64,000 nt of DNA from Flavobacterium sp. (GCA_014379405.1 JACMLU010000029.1:30409-94408); one strand, 5' to 3'. Counted from the first letter of the stretch, positions 29,622 through 40,390 are shown. Made by a program: numbers and translations. The notes: generated by a model from the letters alone, not told the origin.

Positions 29622-30188
29622 ATGGCTACAATAAATAAAAATTTATCCGATTACGATAAAAACTCAATCCCAGACGCGAAAAATTTTCGATTTGGGATTG
29701 TTGTTTCAGAGTGGAATGATACCATAACAGAAGGGCTTTTTAAAGGAGCCATTGCAGGTCTTTTGGAAAATGAAGTACCTACGGAACACATCATTAGATG
29801 GAATGTTCCTGGGAGTTTTGAATTGGTTTATGGAGCCAAAAAAATGTTGCAAACTCAAAATGTAGATGCAGTTATTGTTATTGGTTGCGTGATTCAAGGA
29901 CAAACAAAACATTTTGATTTTGTATGCGAAGGCGTTACCCAAGGTATAAAAGACTTGAATGTTCAAACGGATATTCCTGTAATTTTTTGTGTTTTGACTG
30001 ATAACACGATGCAACAATCCATAGATAGAAGTGGAGGGATTCACGGAAATAAAGGTACTGAAGCTGCGATTGCTGCCATAAAAATGGCTTATTTGAGATA
30101 TCAAGCTTCGTTTAGTCACCAAAAAAATCAACAATTATTGTCTACGGGACCTTTGCAAATAGAAGGTTTGAAGTTGTTGGAAGAATAA
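29622..30188 (+). CDS. ribH: 6,7-dimethyl-8-ribityllumazine synthase
   Basis: IVVSEWN, VPGSFEL, GCVIQGQTKHFDFVC, GNKG. Confidence 0.96.
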   Translation: MATINKNLSDYDKNSIPDAKNFRFGIVVSEWNDTITEGLFKGAIAGLLENEVPTEHIIRWNVPGSFELVYGAKKMLQTQNVDAVIVIGCVIQGQTKHFDFVCEGVTQGIKDLNVQTDIPVIFCVLTDNTMQQSIDRSGGIHGNKGTEAAIAAIKMAYLRYQASFSHQKNQQLLSTGPLQIEGLKLLEE

Positions 30189-30207
30189 ATTAAAAAGATA
30201 CAATTCT

Positions 30208-30242
30208 AAAACCTATACCGTTTTTGACGGTATAGGTTTTTT
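30208..30242 (+). terminator. Intrinsic terminator after ribH
   Basis: aaaacctataccgt-ttttg-acggtataggtttt followed by T tract. Confidence 0.85.
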
Positions 30243-30347
30243 GTTTTTTATGATTAATTTAGCTATTAATCCAAATAGAAATTCCTTAAATTTGCTCACC
30301 GTTGGTTTTAACTATAAGCCAAAAATTAAAAATCACAAACTGAAATA

Positions 30348-32222
30348 ATGTCGAGTATCATTCAATTACTTCCTGATCACGTTGCCAATCAAATTGCCGC
30401 TGGAGAAGTCGTTCAGCGACCAGCTTCGGTAGTCAAGGAATTGCTGGAAAATGCCGTTGATGCGGGTGCAAATGATATCAAATTAATACTAAAAGACGCT
30501 GGGAAATCGTTAGTTCAAGTAATAGATAATGGAAAAGGAATGAGCGTTACTGATGCTCGTTTGTGTTTTGAGCGTCACGCTACTTCCAAAATTCGCCAGG
30601 CAGAAGATTTATTTTCTTTGCATACCAAAGGTTTTCGTGGAGAAGCATTAGCGTCGATTGCCGCAATTGCCCATGTGGAAATGAAAACCAAACAAGATCA
30701 AGAAGAACTGGGAACACACATCGTTATTGAAGGCAGTAAGTTTGTGTCTCAAGATATGGCAGTTTTGCCAAAAGGAACTTCTTTTGCGGTCAAAAATTTA
30801 TTTTTTAATATTCCTGCTCGACGCAATTTCTTGAAGTCGGACACGGTAGAATTTCGCCATATCGTCGATGAGTTTCAACGCGTGGCATTGGCACATCCTC
30901 AAATTTATTTTACGTTTTATCACAACGGAAGCGAAATGTTCAATTTACAAGCGTCGAGTTACAGACAACGTATTGTGAATATTTTTTCGGGGAAAACCAA
31001 TGAAAAATTGGTTCCTGTAAACGAAGAAACTGAAATTGTAAACATCCAAGGTTTTGTTTGCAAGCCCGAGTTTGCCAAGAAAAATAGGGGAGAACAGTTT
31101 TTCTTTGTCAATGATCGTTTTATAAAAAGTGGTTATTTGCACCACGCCGTGATGGCAGCTTATGACGGACTTTTGAAAGACGGTGCGCAACCGAGCTACT
31201 TTTTGTATCTTCAAGTGCCACCCAATTCTATTGATATTAACATTCATCCTACAAAAACCGAGATCAAGTTTGATGACGAATCGGCTTTGTATGCTATTTT
31301 GAGGGCTTCGATAAAACACAGTTTAGGGCAATTTAATGTCGCACCCGTTTTGGATTTTGAGCGTGATGCTAATCTGGATACACCTTATCATTATAAAGAT
31401 TTGGAAGGTTCAACGCCAACAATTCAGGTGGACGGTAGTTTTAATCCGTTTTCGGAAGAGGAAAAGCCCAACAAGCATTTTAGAAATTCAAATTCCAGTT
31501 ATAGAAAACCAGAATCGACAGCAAACTGGGAAAGTTTGTATGTGGGTTTGAAACACGATACCGAGGAAATTGAAACGATGACTTTCGAAAATAAGATTTC
31601 TTTTGAGAATGACGAAGTAACTTCTTCTTTGTTTGATAATGAAGAAGTGGAACATGCGGTACATAAAACGCACCAAATCCATAAAAAATACATCGTTAAT
31701 CCGATAAAATCAGGAATGATAATTGTGGATCAACAACGGGCACACCAACGTATTTTGTACGAACAGTTTTTGACTAATATCACGGTTAATTTGGCGTCAA
31801 GCCAGCAGTTGTTGTTTCCGTTGCATTTGTATTTTTCCAATGGGGAAATGCAATTGATAGCAGAATTGAAACCATCACTTACAAATACAGGTTTTGTTTT
31901 CGAAGAAACCAATGAAGATAGCGTCGTTATTTCGGGATTGCCTGTCAATGTTTCCGAAAGTGAAGCTTCGATAGTTTTGGAACAACTTTTAAGCGATTTG
32001 CAAGACGGAATTCCAGAAAGCAGTTTCAGCCAGAATGATACCATTGCCAAATCGATGGCACGGAGTTTGGCGGTAAAAACCGGAACTTATTTAACACAAA
32101 AAGAACAGGAAAACTTGGTAAATGGGCTTTTTGCCTGTAAAGATCCGAACGTTTCCCCATTTCATAAACCTACTTTCATAACGATGCGTGTGGAAGATTT
32201 AGACAAAAAATTTGCTTTATGA
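30348..32222 (+). CDS. mutL: DNA mismatch repair endonuclease MutL
   Basis: IAAGEVVQRPASVVKELLENAVDA, GFRGEAL, DQQRAHQR. Confidence 0.97.
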   Translation: MSSIIQLLPDHVANQIAAGEVVQRPASVVKELLENAVDAGANDIKLILKDAGKSLVQVIDNGKGMSVTDARLCFERHATSKIRQAEDLFSLHTKGFRGEALASIAAIAHVEMKTKQDQEELGTHIVIEGSKFVSQDMAVLPKGTSFAVKNLFFNIPARRNFLKSDTVEFRHIVDEFQRVALAHPQIYFTFYHNGSEMFNLQASSYRQRIVNIFSGKTNEKLVPVNEETEIVNIQGFVCKPEFAKKNRGEQFFFVNDRFIKSGYLHHAVMAAYDGLLKDGAQPSYFLYLQVPPNSIDINIHPTKTEIKFDDESALYAILRASIKHSLGQFNVAPVLDFERDANLDTPYHYKDLEGSTPTIQVDGSFNPFSEEEKPNKHFRNSNSSYRKPESTANWESLYVGLKHDTEEIETMTFENKISFENDEVTSSLFDNEEVEHAVHKTHQIHKKYIVNPIKSGMIIVDQQRAHQRILYEQFLTNITVNLASSQQLLFPLHLYFSNGEMQLIAELKPSLTNTGFVFEETNEDSVVISGLPVNVSESEASIVLEQLLSDLQDGIPESSFSQNDTIAKSMARSLAVKTGTYLTQKEQENLVNGLFACKDPNVSPFHKPTFITMRVEDLDKKFAL

Positions 32223-33031
32223 TGAACATCACGCCAGTTGTCAAACAACTTTTAATAATTAACATTCTCTTTTTTATTGGTTCCTATTTTGTGCCGGTAG
32301 CCTATGATTTTTTTGCTCTATATTATCCTGAAAGCGATAAATTCAAGGGTTGGCAATTTATCACCCACATGTTTATGCATGCGCCTTTTCCAAATATTGC
32401 GCATATTTTGTTCAACATGTTTGCTTTGTATTCTTTTGGAAGTGCTTTGGAACATTTTTGGGGTGGAAAAAAATTCTTGTTTTTCTACATTTCTTGTGGA
32501 TTAGGTGCGGCATTATTGCATACTGGCGTGAATTATTTTGAAATACAATCCTTGTTGTCAGAAGTTGCCAGTTTGAATTTATCTACTTCGGAAATACATC
32601 AATTGTTGAATGCGGATTATAGTGTTCTATTTGACGAAAAAGGGCAGATGATGGCTGGAGAGGTTAATACTATTTTGGAAAGAGTTCATTGTACACAACA
32701 ACAATTTAATACCATTGTTGAAGCCTCTATGATTTCAAAAGGTACAGTTGTTGGAGCTTCGGGAGCCATTTATGGGTTACTGGCTGCTTTTGCTTTTATG
32801 TTTCCTAATGCGGAACTGGCTTTGTTGTTTATTCCTGTTCCTATTAAAGCCAAGTATTTTGTACCTGGATTATTGGCAATCGATTTGTTTTTAGGATTCA
32901 AGGGGCAATCCATTTTTGGCGCAGGAAGCACGGGAGTTGCACATTTTGCTCACGTTGGCGGCGCGTTATCCGGTTTCTTGATGATGTGGATCTGGAAGAA
33001 AAACCAATTCAATAAAAATCGTTGGAATTAA
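32219..33031 (+). CDS. Rhomboid-family intramembrane serine protease
   Basis: HILFNM, GASGA, AHFAHVGG. Confidence 0.92.
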   Translation: MMNITPVVKQLLIINILFFIGSYFVPVAYDFFALYYPESDKFKGWQFITHMFMHAPFPNIAHILFNMFALYSFGSALEHFWGGKKFLFFYISCGLGAALLHTGVNYFEIQSLLSEVASLNLSTSEIHQLLNADYSVLFDEKGQMMAGEVNTILERVHCTQQQFNTIVEASMISKGTVVGASGAIYGLLAAFAFMFPNAELALLFIPVPIKAKYFVPGLLAIDLFLGFKGQSIFGAGSTGVAHFAHVGGALSGFLMMWIWKKNQFNKNRWN

Positions 33032-33096
33032 TTCCCAGATAGCAGATTTCAGAAATCAGTGTTCAGAAGTTAGGAATTTAAAATATAAACTCTAAA

Positions 33097-33966
33097 ATGG
33101 CAAGTATTATAGACGACTTAAAAATGCAATATAAATTCGGTGGAATGACCCAAAGGTTAATCTACTGGAATATCGCTTGCTTCCTGGTTTCGTTAGTGTT
33201 TTTTTACCAATTCAAGCTTGGTATCTTTGATTTTCCTAATTGGTTGGCATTGTCATCAGAGCCCTTCATTTTTATTACAAAGCCCTGGACTTTATTAACG
33301 TATGCTTTCTTTCACAATGGATTCGGACATATATTTATCAATATGATCATTTTAAATTTTTCGAGCACTTTGTTCCTTACTTTTTTTAACCAAAAACAAT
33401 TACTGGGATTGTATGTTTTGAGTGCGATATTTGCTGGTTTTGCGTTTGTTTTGGGCTATTATTTCTTGAATTTAACTCCTGCTCCAATTGTGGGTGCATC
33501 GGCAGCAATTATGGCTGTTTTGGTTGCAGCAACTACATATAGTCCTTTGATGAATGTGCGGTTATTGCTTATCGGTAATGTCAAACTTTGGCATATTACG
33601 GTTGTGATTCTAGTGATTGACCTAATGCAAATTCGCTTGGAGAATTCAGGTGGACATATTGCCCATTTGGCGGGTGCTTTTTTTGGTTTTATTTTTATTA
33701 AATTATTGGAAAACGGAACTGATTTGAGTAGAATTGTTTCCAGTATAATAGATTTTTTCGTTAATTTGTTCAAGAAATCGCCGTCAAAACCATTCAAAAA
33801 GGTTCACAAAAATTATAAAAAACCAACGGAGAAGACTACTTCAAGGATTGTCACAAAAGACAAGACACAACAACAAATAGACGAAATACTGGATAAAATC
33901 AGTCGTTCGGGCTATGATTGTTTGACAAAAGAAGAAAAAGAATTCTTGTTTAAAGCAGGGAAGTAA
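33097..33966 (+). CDS. Rhomboid-family protease with C-terminal soluble domain
   Basis: HIFINM, GASAA, AHLAGA; IDEILDKISRSGYDCLT tail. Confidence 0.9.
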   Translation: MASIIDDLKMQYKFGGMTQRLIYWNIACFLVSLVFFYQFKLGIFDFPNWLALSSEPFIFITKPWTLLTYAFFHNGFGHIFINMIILNFSSTLFLTFFNQKQLLGLYVLSAIFAGFAFVLGYYFLNLTPAPIVGASAAIMAVLVAATTYSPLMNVRLLLIGNVKLWHITVVILVIDLMQIRLENSGGHIAHLAGAFFGFIFIKLLENGTDLSRIVSSIIDFFVNLFKKSPSKPFKKVHKNYKKPTEKTTSRIVTKDKTQQQIDEILDKISRSGYDCLTKEEKEFLFKAGK

Positions 33967-33968
33967 AA

Positions 33969-34040
33969 TGGTTTGTAGTTTAGGGTTTGTGGTTTATAGT
34001 TAAACTGCAAACGATAAACGATAACCGATAAACAACAAAC
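33969..34040. repeat. Inverted GTTT/AAAC heptamer array
   Basis: ggtttgt agtttag ggtttgt ggtttat ... aaacgat aaacgat aaccgat aaacaac aaac. Confidence 0.75.
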
Positions 34041-34045
34041 ATAAA

Positions 34046-35095
34046 ATGAAAAACCTTTCTTGGTTTAATAAGCTAATGTTTTTTTTGAATATGGTACTTA
34101 CCGTATCGACTTTCGTTGCTTATGTTTTACCATTTTTGGCTCCAAAGGTTTTTCCTCTTTTATCAGTGTTGACTTTGTTTATGCCTTTGTTTTTTGTGTT
34201 GAATGGATTGTTTTTCCTGTATTGGGGAATTCAATTCAAGAAGCGTATGATCCTGTCCGGTTTGGTACTTTTGATGGGGATTACTTTTATCAATAAATTT
34301 TATAAATTTTCAGCAAAAGAATATCCAGTTGATGAGAAAGACTTTGTTGTGATGAGTTATAATGTGAGGCTGTTCAATGTGTTTAAGTGGTTGGATCGAG
34401 ATGATGTTCCAGATGATATTCTAGCTTTCATTAATGAAAAAAATCCAGACATATTGTGTATTCAAGAATATTCCAATTCGGCTAATATTGATTTAAAGGT
34501 ATATCCGCATCGGTATATTTTTATGGAAGGCAATCAAATTAAAACGGGGCAAGCCATTTTTTCCAAATTTCCTATCATCGATCAAGGGCATATCGTGTTT
34601 CCAAATTCCAGCAATAATGTCGTTTTTGCCGACATCAAAAAAGGAAAAGACATCATCAGGGTGTATAATATGCATCTGCAATCCATCAAAATTTCTCCAG
34701 ATGTCACCGAAATAGATGAAAATATTGATGCCATAAATCAAGGTGGAAAATCACAAAAACTTTTTACCAGAATAAGTAAAGCTTTTATGCAGCAGCAACA
34801 GCAAGCCGAAATATTTAAGGAACACAAAAAGGACTGTTCTTATCCAACAATTATTTGTGGAGATATGAACAACAGCGCCTTTTCGTATGTGTATCGAAAT
34901 ATCAAAGGAAAATTGAAAGACAGTTTTGAAGAAGCCGGAAAAGGTTTTGGAGCTACTTATAAATTCCGATATTATCCAGCCAGAATTGATTATGTTTTTG
35001 CCGACAATACGATGAAAGTCAAAAAATTCGAAAGTTTTCCTGATTTTGAAAACTCGGATCATTATCCAATTATGGCAACTTTGTCAATGGAATAA
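34046..35095 (+). CDS. Endonuclease/exonuclease/phosphatase family membrane protein
   Basis: SYNV, DILCIQE, GDMN, RIDY, SDHYP. Confidence 0.9.
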   Translation: MKNLSWFNKLMFFLNMVLTVSTFVAYVLPFLAPKVFPLLSVLTLFMPLFFVLNGLFFLYWGIQFKKRMILSGLVLLMGITFINKFYKFSAKEYPVDEKDFVVMSYNVRLFNVFKWLDRDDVPDDILAFINEKNPDILCIQEYSNSANIDLKVYPHRYIFMEGNQIKTGQAIFSKFPIIDQGHIVFPNSSNNVVFADIKKGKDIIRVYNMHLQSIKISPDVTEIDENIDAINQGGKSQKLFTRISKAFMQQQQQAEIFKEHKKDCSYPTIICGDMNNSAFSYVYRNIKGKLKDSFEEAGKGFGATYKFRYYPARIDYVFADNTMKVKKFESFPDFENSDHYPIMATLSME

Positions 35096-35108
35096 TGGAG
35101 TTGATTTT

Positions 35109-35735
35109 CTACTTTAAAATCAACGTTTGATTTTTTAAATAATCCAAAGCGTATCTACCTTCATTAAACAATAAATCCAGGATGCTTAGATTATTCAAAA
35201 AACCGTGTTTTTCTTCGAAAACTTGGGTATAAGTTTCGAATTGGGAAGTATCTTTTTTTCCGTCCGCCAAAGTCCTGAAATCCAAAATCGTGTTCGTGTC
35301 CACTTCGCCGAAGTACTCGGTTGTTGTATTGTATTCGAATTTCATTCGCAAACATTTGGCAACAATTTGCATCGCTTCGAAATTCAAATCCATTAAAAAA
35401 ACGTGTTTTTTTTCGAATATGGGACGAATGTCATCTTCAAAATATTCAAAAAAAGGGGAACTTCTGAAAGCCGCTTCCAATGATTTGAAATGTTTTTTCT
35501 GCCAGTCAAAATCGGTTTCTATTTTGACATCCTTCGTTTTTTGATGCGTTTGTGTAGCGTGTTTTACGGGAATGTTTAATAACTGAATTCCGTTTGGGCT
35601 ATAGATATAAGTTCGGTTACGATTGGTTTGCTTTTGGAAATTATCTTCCATTTCAAACACAATTTTTTCAGATTGTGCCATAGCAACAAAATGACTAATT
35701 GATGGGAAGTAGGTGGGAAGCAATAATGAATTCAT
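35109..35735 (-). CDS. WbqC-family protein
   Basis: PTYFP, FQKQTNRNR, SILDLLFNEG; start moved to ATG 35735. Confidence 0.88.
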   Translation of the reverse strand: MNSLLLPTYFPSISHFVAMAQSEKIVFEMEDNFQKQTNRNRTYIYSPNGIQLLNIPVKHATQTHQKTKDVKIETDFDWQKKHFKSLEAAFRSSPFFEYFEDDIRPIFEKKHVFLMDLNFEAMQIVAKCLRMKFEYNTTTEYFGEVDTNTILDFRTLADGKKDTSQFETYTQVFEEKHGFLNNLSILDLLFNEGRYALDYLKNQTLILK

Positions 35736-35746
35736 TTGTATTATTT

Positions 35747-35802
35747 GTTTCAAGTTTCAAGTTCAGGTTTTGGGTTGAAACTTGAAACCTGAATCTTGAA
35801 AA
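35747..35802. repeat. Inverted TTTCAAG/CTTGAAA heptamer array
   Basis: gtttcaa gtttcaa gttcag ... ttgaaac ttgaaac ctgaatc ttgaaa. Confidence 0.75.
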
Positions 35803-35808
35803 GATTAT

Positions 35809-37359
35809 TTATGCTTTATTTGCTTTTCTTTTGTTCCAAAAATATTCCCCAACAAAAAAGGCGGCCAATAGAAACAAGAAAATTTTAAAATAGGATTGCG
35901 GTTGTCCGTCCCCACCAACGGTAGTAAACAATCTCTCCCAACGGATTTTTCCAAATCCTTTGCCATTGGTATCCCAACTCATCCAGATGAATACTGGTTT
36001 CCCCACGACATGATCTTCGGGAACATAGCCCCAATAGCGGCTGTCTTCCGAGTTGTGGCGATTGTCTCCCATCATCCAAAAATAATCTTGTTTGAAGCTG
36101 TAAGTATTGGTTTTGATACCATTGATATAAATATCACTGCCTTTAATTTCCAGTTTATTCTTTTCGTATTCGGTGATTATTCTACTATAGAAAGATAAAT
36201 TGTTTAAGTCGATTTTTACTGATTTTCCTTCTTGTGGAATGTATATTGGGCCAAAATTGTCTCGGTTCCATTTGTTGATATGAGGGAAAATACCGTCTTC
36301 AACTCCTTTTGCTATTTCTCTGGTAACGGACGTAATTCCAGGAACGTTTTTCAACCTTTCGACACTGGCAGTTGTCAATGCAGAAACAAATAATGTGTCT
36401 CTTTTTTCACTCGTAAAACCGGCACCATCGGTTACATTCATGTCTTTGAATAAAAATTCAAAATCGATAGGCGTTTTTCCGTCCAATGCTATTTTGTAAG
36501 AATATTGCGGTTTTGCTCTTTCTGGCAATGCCAATAGCTGACCGTTGATGTAAACAATTCCATCTTTTATTTGCAAACTATCACCAGGAATCCCTACGCA
36601 ACGTTTTACATAATTCGATTTTTTATCGATGGGTTTGTCGGCTTTTCTACCCGAATTATCCCTGAATTTGTATACGGTGTCTACAGGCCAGTTGAAAACG
36701 ACAATATCACAATTTTTAATTTTTTGGAATGAAGGCAATCTTAAATAAGGCAATTGAGGCCAGTTTAGATAGGATTTACTTTTGGTCAAAGGAATCGAGT
36801 CATGAACCATTGGTAAAGCTACTGCTGTCATAGGAACTCTGGCTCCATAATTCATTTTGCTTACAAACAAAAAGTCGCCAACCAATAATGATTTTTCCAA
36901 TGAAGATGTAGGAATGGTAAAGGGTTGTATCACATAAGTGTGCACTAATGTTGCCACAATAATGGCAAAAAGTAGTGAGCTTACTGTGCTAGCAGTTTGG
37001 TTTTCTGCATTCAAATTTCTGTCGGCCACATAATTTAATTGCTGTGTATAATTGATATAATAAATATAGAAACCAAAAGTGGCTATACCTAAAAAAGTGT
37101 CCAAAGAGGAACGTTTTCCAAAACTTCTTAAAGTCTCCACCCAAATGACAGGAAACATAATCAGGTTGATAATAGGAATGAAAAGCAAAAGTGTCCACCA
37201 AGTGGGACGACCGATGATTTTCATTAAAACAATCGAATTATATACAGGAATAGCGGCTTCCCAACGTTGTCTGCCAGCTGCTACATATAATTTCCAAGTT
37301 CCTAAAAAGTGTATTACTTGTAAAAGCAAGAAAAACACAAACCATTGAAATGCTGTCAT
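35809..37359 (-). CDS. lepB: Signal peptidase I with N-terminal membrane domain
   Basis: IPTSSLEKSL..GD, YVKRCVG.PGD, GDNRHNSEDSRYWG. Confidence 0.94.
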   Translation of the reverse strand: MTAFQWFVFFLLLQVIHFLGTWKLYVAAGRQRWEAAIPVYNSIVLMKIIGRPTWWTLLLFIPIINLIMFPVIWVETLRSFGKRSSLDTFLGIATFGFYIYYINYTQQLNYVADRNLNAENQTASTVSSLLFAIIVATLVHTYVIQPFTIPTSSLEKSLLVGDFLFVSKMNYGARVPMTAVALPMVHDSIPLTKSKSYLNWPQLPYLRLPSFQKIKNCDIVVFNWPVDTVYKFRDNSGRKADKPIDKKSNYVKRCVGIPGDSLQIKDGIVYINGQLLALPERAKPQYSYKIALDGKTPIDFEFLFKDMNVTDGAGFTSEKRDTLFVSALTTASVERLKNVPGITSVTREIAKGVEDGIFPHINKWNRDNFGPIYIPQEGKSVKIDLNNLSFYSRIITEYEKNKLEIKGSDIYINGIKTNTYSFKQDYFWMMGDNRHNSEDSRYWGYVPEDHVVGKPVFIWMSWDTNGKGFGKIRWERLFTTVGGDGQPQSYFKIFLFLLAAFFVGEYFWNKRKANKA

Positions 37360-37360
37360 A

Positions 37361-37408
37361 ATTTTAGATTTTAGTTCCGATAGCTATCGGAATTAGATTT
37401 TAGATTTC
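37361..37408. repeat. ATTTTAG heptamer array interrupted by palindrome TTCCGATAGCTATCGGAA
   Basis: Palindrome at 37375-37392 flanked by attttag units. Confidence 0.85.
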
Positions 37409-37440
37409 GGTAGAAATGCAAAATTTAATTTATGCGTTAT

Positions 37441-38142
37441 TTATTTTGAATTTAAAACGTCTCTCATTGTGAAAACACCGTGTTTTCCAACAATCCATTC
37501 GGCAGCAATTACCGCACCAAGTGCAAAACCTTCACGATTGTGGGCGGTATGTATGATTTCGATACTGTCTATTGGCGAATTGTAAGTTACAGTATGTGTG
37601 CCCGGAACGGTTCCGATTCTTTTGGCTTCGATATGAATTTGATTGGATTCAGGAGTTTCCATTGTCCAATTCGTGTAATTACTATTTTCAATTACTCCTT
37701 TTGCTAAAGAGATGGCAGTTCCACTTGGAGCATCTAGTTTTTGGGTATGATGAATTTCTTCCATATCAACAGAATAATTTTCAAATTTGGACATCATTTT
37801 TGCCAAATATTCATTGAGTTCAAAGAAAAGATTTACACCCAAACTAAAGTTGGAACTCGAAATAAATCCTCCATTTTTTTCCTTGCAAAGTGTCAACATT
37901 TCGTCATAATGTTCTAACCAGCCCGTAGTTCCTGAAATCACGGGTACATTGGCGTGGAAACAACTGGATATATTTTCTACTGCAGCTGATGGAACACTGA
38001 AATCGATGGCTACATCAGCTGTAGAAAGTCCATCATAAGTATTGAATTCGTCTTTTTTCAAAACAATTTTATGTCCTCTTTCCGTGGCAATTCTTTCGAT
38101 TACCTGCCCCATTTTTCCGTATCCTAAAAGTGCAATTTTCAT
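37441..38142 (-). CDS. dapB: 4-hydroxy-tetrahydrodipicolinate reductase
   Basis: GYGKMG, GTTG, EIHH..KLDAPSGTA. Confidence 0.96.
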   Translation of the reverse strand: MKIALLGYGKMGQVIERIATERGHKIVLKKDEFNTYDGLSTADVAIDFSVPSAAVENISSCFHANVPVISGTTGWLEHYDEMLTLCKEKNGGFISSSNFSLGVNLFFELNEYLAKMMSKFENYSVDMEEIHHTQKLDAPSGTAISLAKGVIENSNYTNWTMETPESNQIHIEAKRIGTVPGTHTVTYNSPIDSIEIIHTAHNREGFALGAVIAAEWIVGKHGVFTMRDVLNSK

Positions 38143-38152
38143 TTCGTTATTT

Positions 38153-38719
38153 CTAAAAATTATAATTAAATGTTAGTCCAACATTTGTCCTAGATGTTAC
38201 ATCATTCAAATAAATATTTGGTTTCAACGACAAATTTTCATTCACGTTAAATTGTATTAAAGCTGCATCAACATTAGCATCGATGATGTTTAATACATAA
38301 AAACCAACAACAAACAGTGCTGATAAATCTCGGTTTCGTTGGTAAAATTTCTGGGCAGATATTAAAGTGGCATCATCATATCGAGCCAATTCTTCGCCTC
38401 TTCCAAAACCTTCCAGTCTTCTTTTGTATTCATCTCGGTATTGGTTGTATTTTTTGTTGCTGTCAATATAAAAATACATACTTGTTCCGATGGCTCCGTA
38501 AACAATGGGGATTTTCCAGTATTTTTTATTGTAAGCTTGTCCCAATCCCGGTAAAACTGCCGAGTAAAAGGCTGCTTTGGCAGGTGTTAAAGGGTCGATG
38601 TCGTTTGATTTCAAGGTGTCTTTTGCAACCAGGACGGCATCATCGTTTTTCTTTTGAGAAAAAACAGTGTTGCTTCCTAAAAAAAAGAAGAGTAAACCTA
38701 TGAAAAATAATTTATTCAC
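38153..38719 (-). CDS. DUF5683-like protein
   Basis: SAVLPGLGQAYNKKYWK, NIIDANVDA; follows parB. Confidence 0.75.
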   Translation of the reverse strand: MNKLFFIGLLFFFLGSNTVFSQKKNDDAVLVAKDTLKSNDIDPLTPAKAAFYSAVLPGLGQAYNKKYWKIPIVYGAIGTSMYFYIDSNKKYNQYRDEYKRRLEGFGRGEELARYDDATLISAQKFYQRNRDLSALFVVGFYVLNIIDANVDAALIQFNVNENLSLKPNIYLNDVTSRTNVGLTFNYNF

Positions 38720-39618
38720 TACCCTTTTATTAGTTTAATAATTCGGTTGAAGTCTTCTTCGGAGTGGAATGGAATTGTGATTTTTCCTTTACCATTTCCG
38801 GCGACTTTAACATCGACTTTGGTGCCAAAATAGGTGTTGAAGGTGTTTTTCTCGGTATCGTCAATTTCAAAAGAAGTCGTTTTTGCTTTGGCTGCAGGTT
38901 TCGGTTTTAAACTTTCTTGATAATTTTTGACCAACGCTTCGGTATCACGAACCGAAAGATTCTGGCTAACGATTTTTTGGTAAATATCGGCTTGAATGTC
39001 TTGGTCTTCGATGTTGATTATTGCTCGACCGTGTCCCATACTGATGAAACCATCTCGGATTCCGGTTTGGATAATCGGGTCTAGTTTTAAAAGTCTCAAG
39101 TAATTGGCAATAGTAGAACGTTTTTTTCCCACACGTTCGCTCATTTGCTCTTGTGTCAATTGAATTTCGTCAATTAATCGTTGGTACGAAAGTGCAATTT
39201 CTATGGGATCTAAATCGTGGCGTTGAATATTTTCAACCAAAGCCATAATCAGGGATTCATTGTCGTTTGCAATTCGGATATAAGCAGGAACGGTAGTCAA
39301 TCCAACCAAAGTTGATGCACGAAGACGTCGTTCTCCCGAAATTAACTGGTATTTGTTGAAGTCTAATTTTCGAACAGTAATAGGTTGAATTACACCTAAT
39401 TCTTTTATGGAAGTCGCTAATTCTCTTAAAGATTCCTCGTTAAAATTGCTTCTAGGCTGAAATGGGTTTATTTCGATAGCATCAATTTCAAGCTCAATAA
39501 TATTTCCAACCACTTTGTCGGCATTTTTATCGGCTACTGATTTTATGTCGTTTTCCGGGTCTTTCAATAATGCCGATAATCCTCTTCCTAAGGCTTGTTT
39601 TTTCAGTGCTTTTGCCAT
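38719..39618 (-). CDS. parB: ParB/Spo0J chromosome partitioning protein
   Basis: LGRGLSALL, QPR, GERRLRA, ENIQR, HTH. Confidence 0.95.
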   Translation of the reverse strand: MAKALKKQALGRGLSALLKDPENDIKSVADKNADKVVGNIIELEIDAIEINPFQPRSNFNEESLRELATSIKELGVIQPITVRKLDFNKYQLISGERRLRASTLVGLTTVPAYIRIANDNESLIMALVENIQRHDLDPIEIALSYQRLIDEIQLTQEQMSERVGKKRSTIANYLRLLKLDPIIQTGIRDGFISMGHGRAIINIEDQDIQADIYQKIVSQNLSVRDTEALVKNYQESLKPKPAAKAKTTSFEIDDTEKNTFNTYFGTKVDVKVAGNGKGKITIPFHSEEDFNRIIKLIKG

Positions 39619-39622
39619 AAAA

Positions 39623-40390
39623 CTATTTGCTGTTTTTCTTTATAACTTCCTGTGCTAAATGCAGGTAATTTGTAGCTCCTTTACTTGTGGCGTCATAGTT
39701 TATGATGCTTTCGCCAAAACTTGGTGCCTCGCTCAATTTGACGTTTCTTTGAATTATGGTTTCAAAAACCATATCGTTAAAGTGTTTTTGAACCTCTTCA
39801 ACCACTTGATTGGATAAACGCAATCTGGAGTCAAACATTGTCAAGAGTAATCCTTCGATGTCTAAATCGGTATTGTGGATTTTTTGAATGCTTTTTATGG
39901 TATTCAATAATTTGCCCAAACCTTCCAATGCAAAATATTCGCATTGAATTGGGATAATTACTGAATCTGCTGCTGTCAATGCATTTAGAGTAAGTAAACC
40001 AAGAGAAGGTGCACAATCGATAATGATATAATCATACTCGTCCTTGATGCTTTCCAAGGCTTTTTTTAGCATATATTCCCTGTTTTCTTTGTCAACCAAT
40101 TCGATTTCGATGGCTACAAGGTCAATATGAGAGGGAATCACGTCCACATTTGGCGCAGTACTTTTTATTATTGCTTCCTTTGGTGTGTTGCTATGCTCCA
40201 GAATTTGATAGGTCCCAATTTCTACGGTTTCCACATCAATTCCTAATCCTGAAGTAGCATTTGCTTGAGGGTCAGCGTCTATTAGTAATACTTTCTTTTC
40301 TAAAACACCTAGTGAGGCAGCGAGATTGATAGACGTTGTCGTCTTTCCAACTCCTCCTTTTTGATTAGCAATCGCAATGATTTTGCCCAT
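39623..40390 (-). CDS. parA: ParA/Soj ATPase
   Basis: NQKGGVGKTT, DADPQAN, IDCAPSL. Confidence 0.95.
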   Translation of the reverse strand: MGKIIAIANQKGGVGKTTTSINLAASLGVLEKKVLLIDADPQANATSGLGIDVETVEIGTYQILEHSNTPKEAIIKSTAPNVDVIPSHIDLVAIEIELVDKENREYMLKKALESIKDEYDYIIIDCAPSLGLLTLNALTAADSVIIPIQCEYFALEGLGKLLNTIKSIQKIHNTDLDIEGLLLTMFDSRLRLSNQVVEEVQKHFNDMVFETIIQRNVKLSEAPSFGESIINYDATSKGATNYLHLAQEVIKKNSK

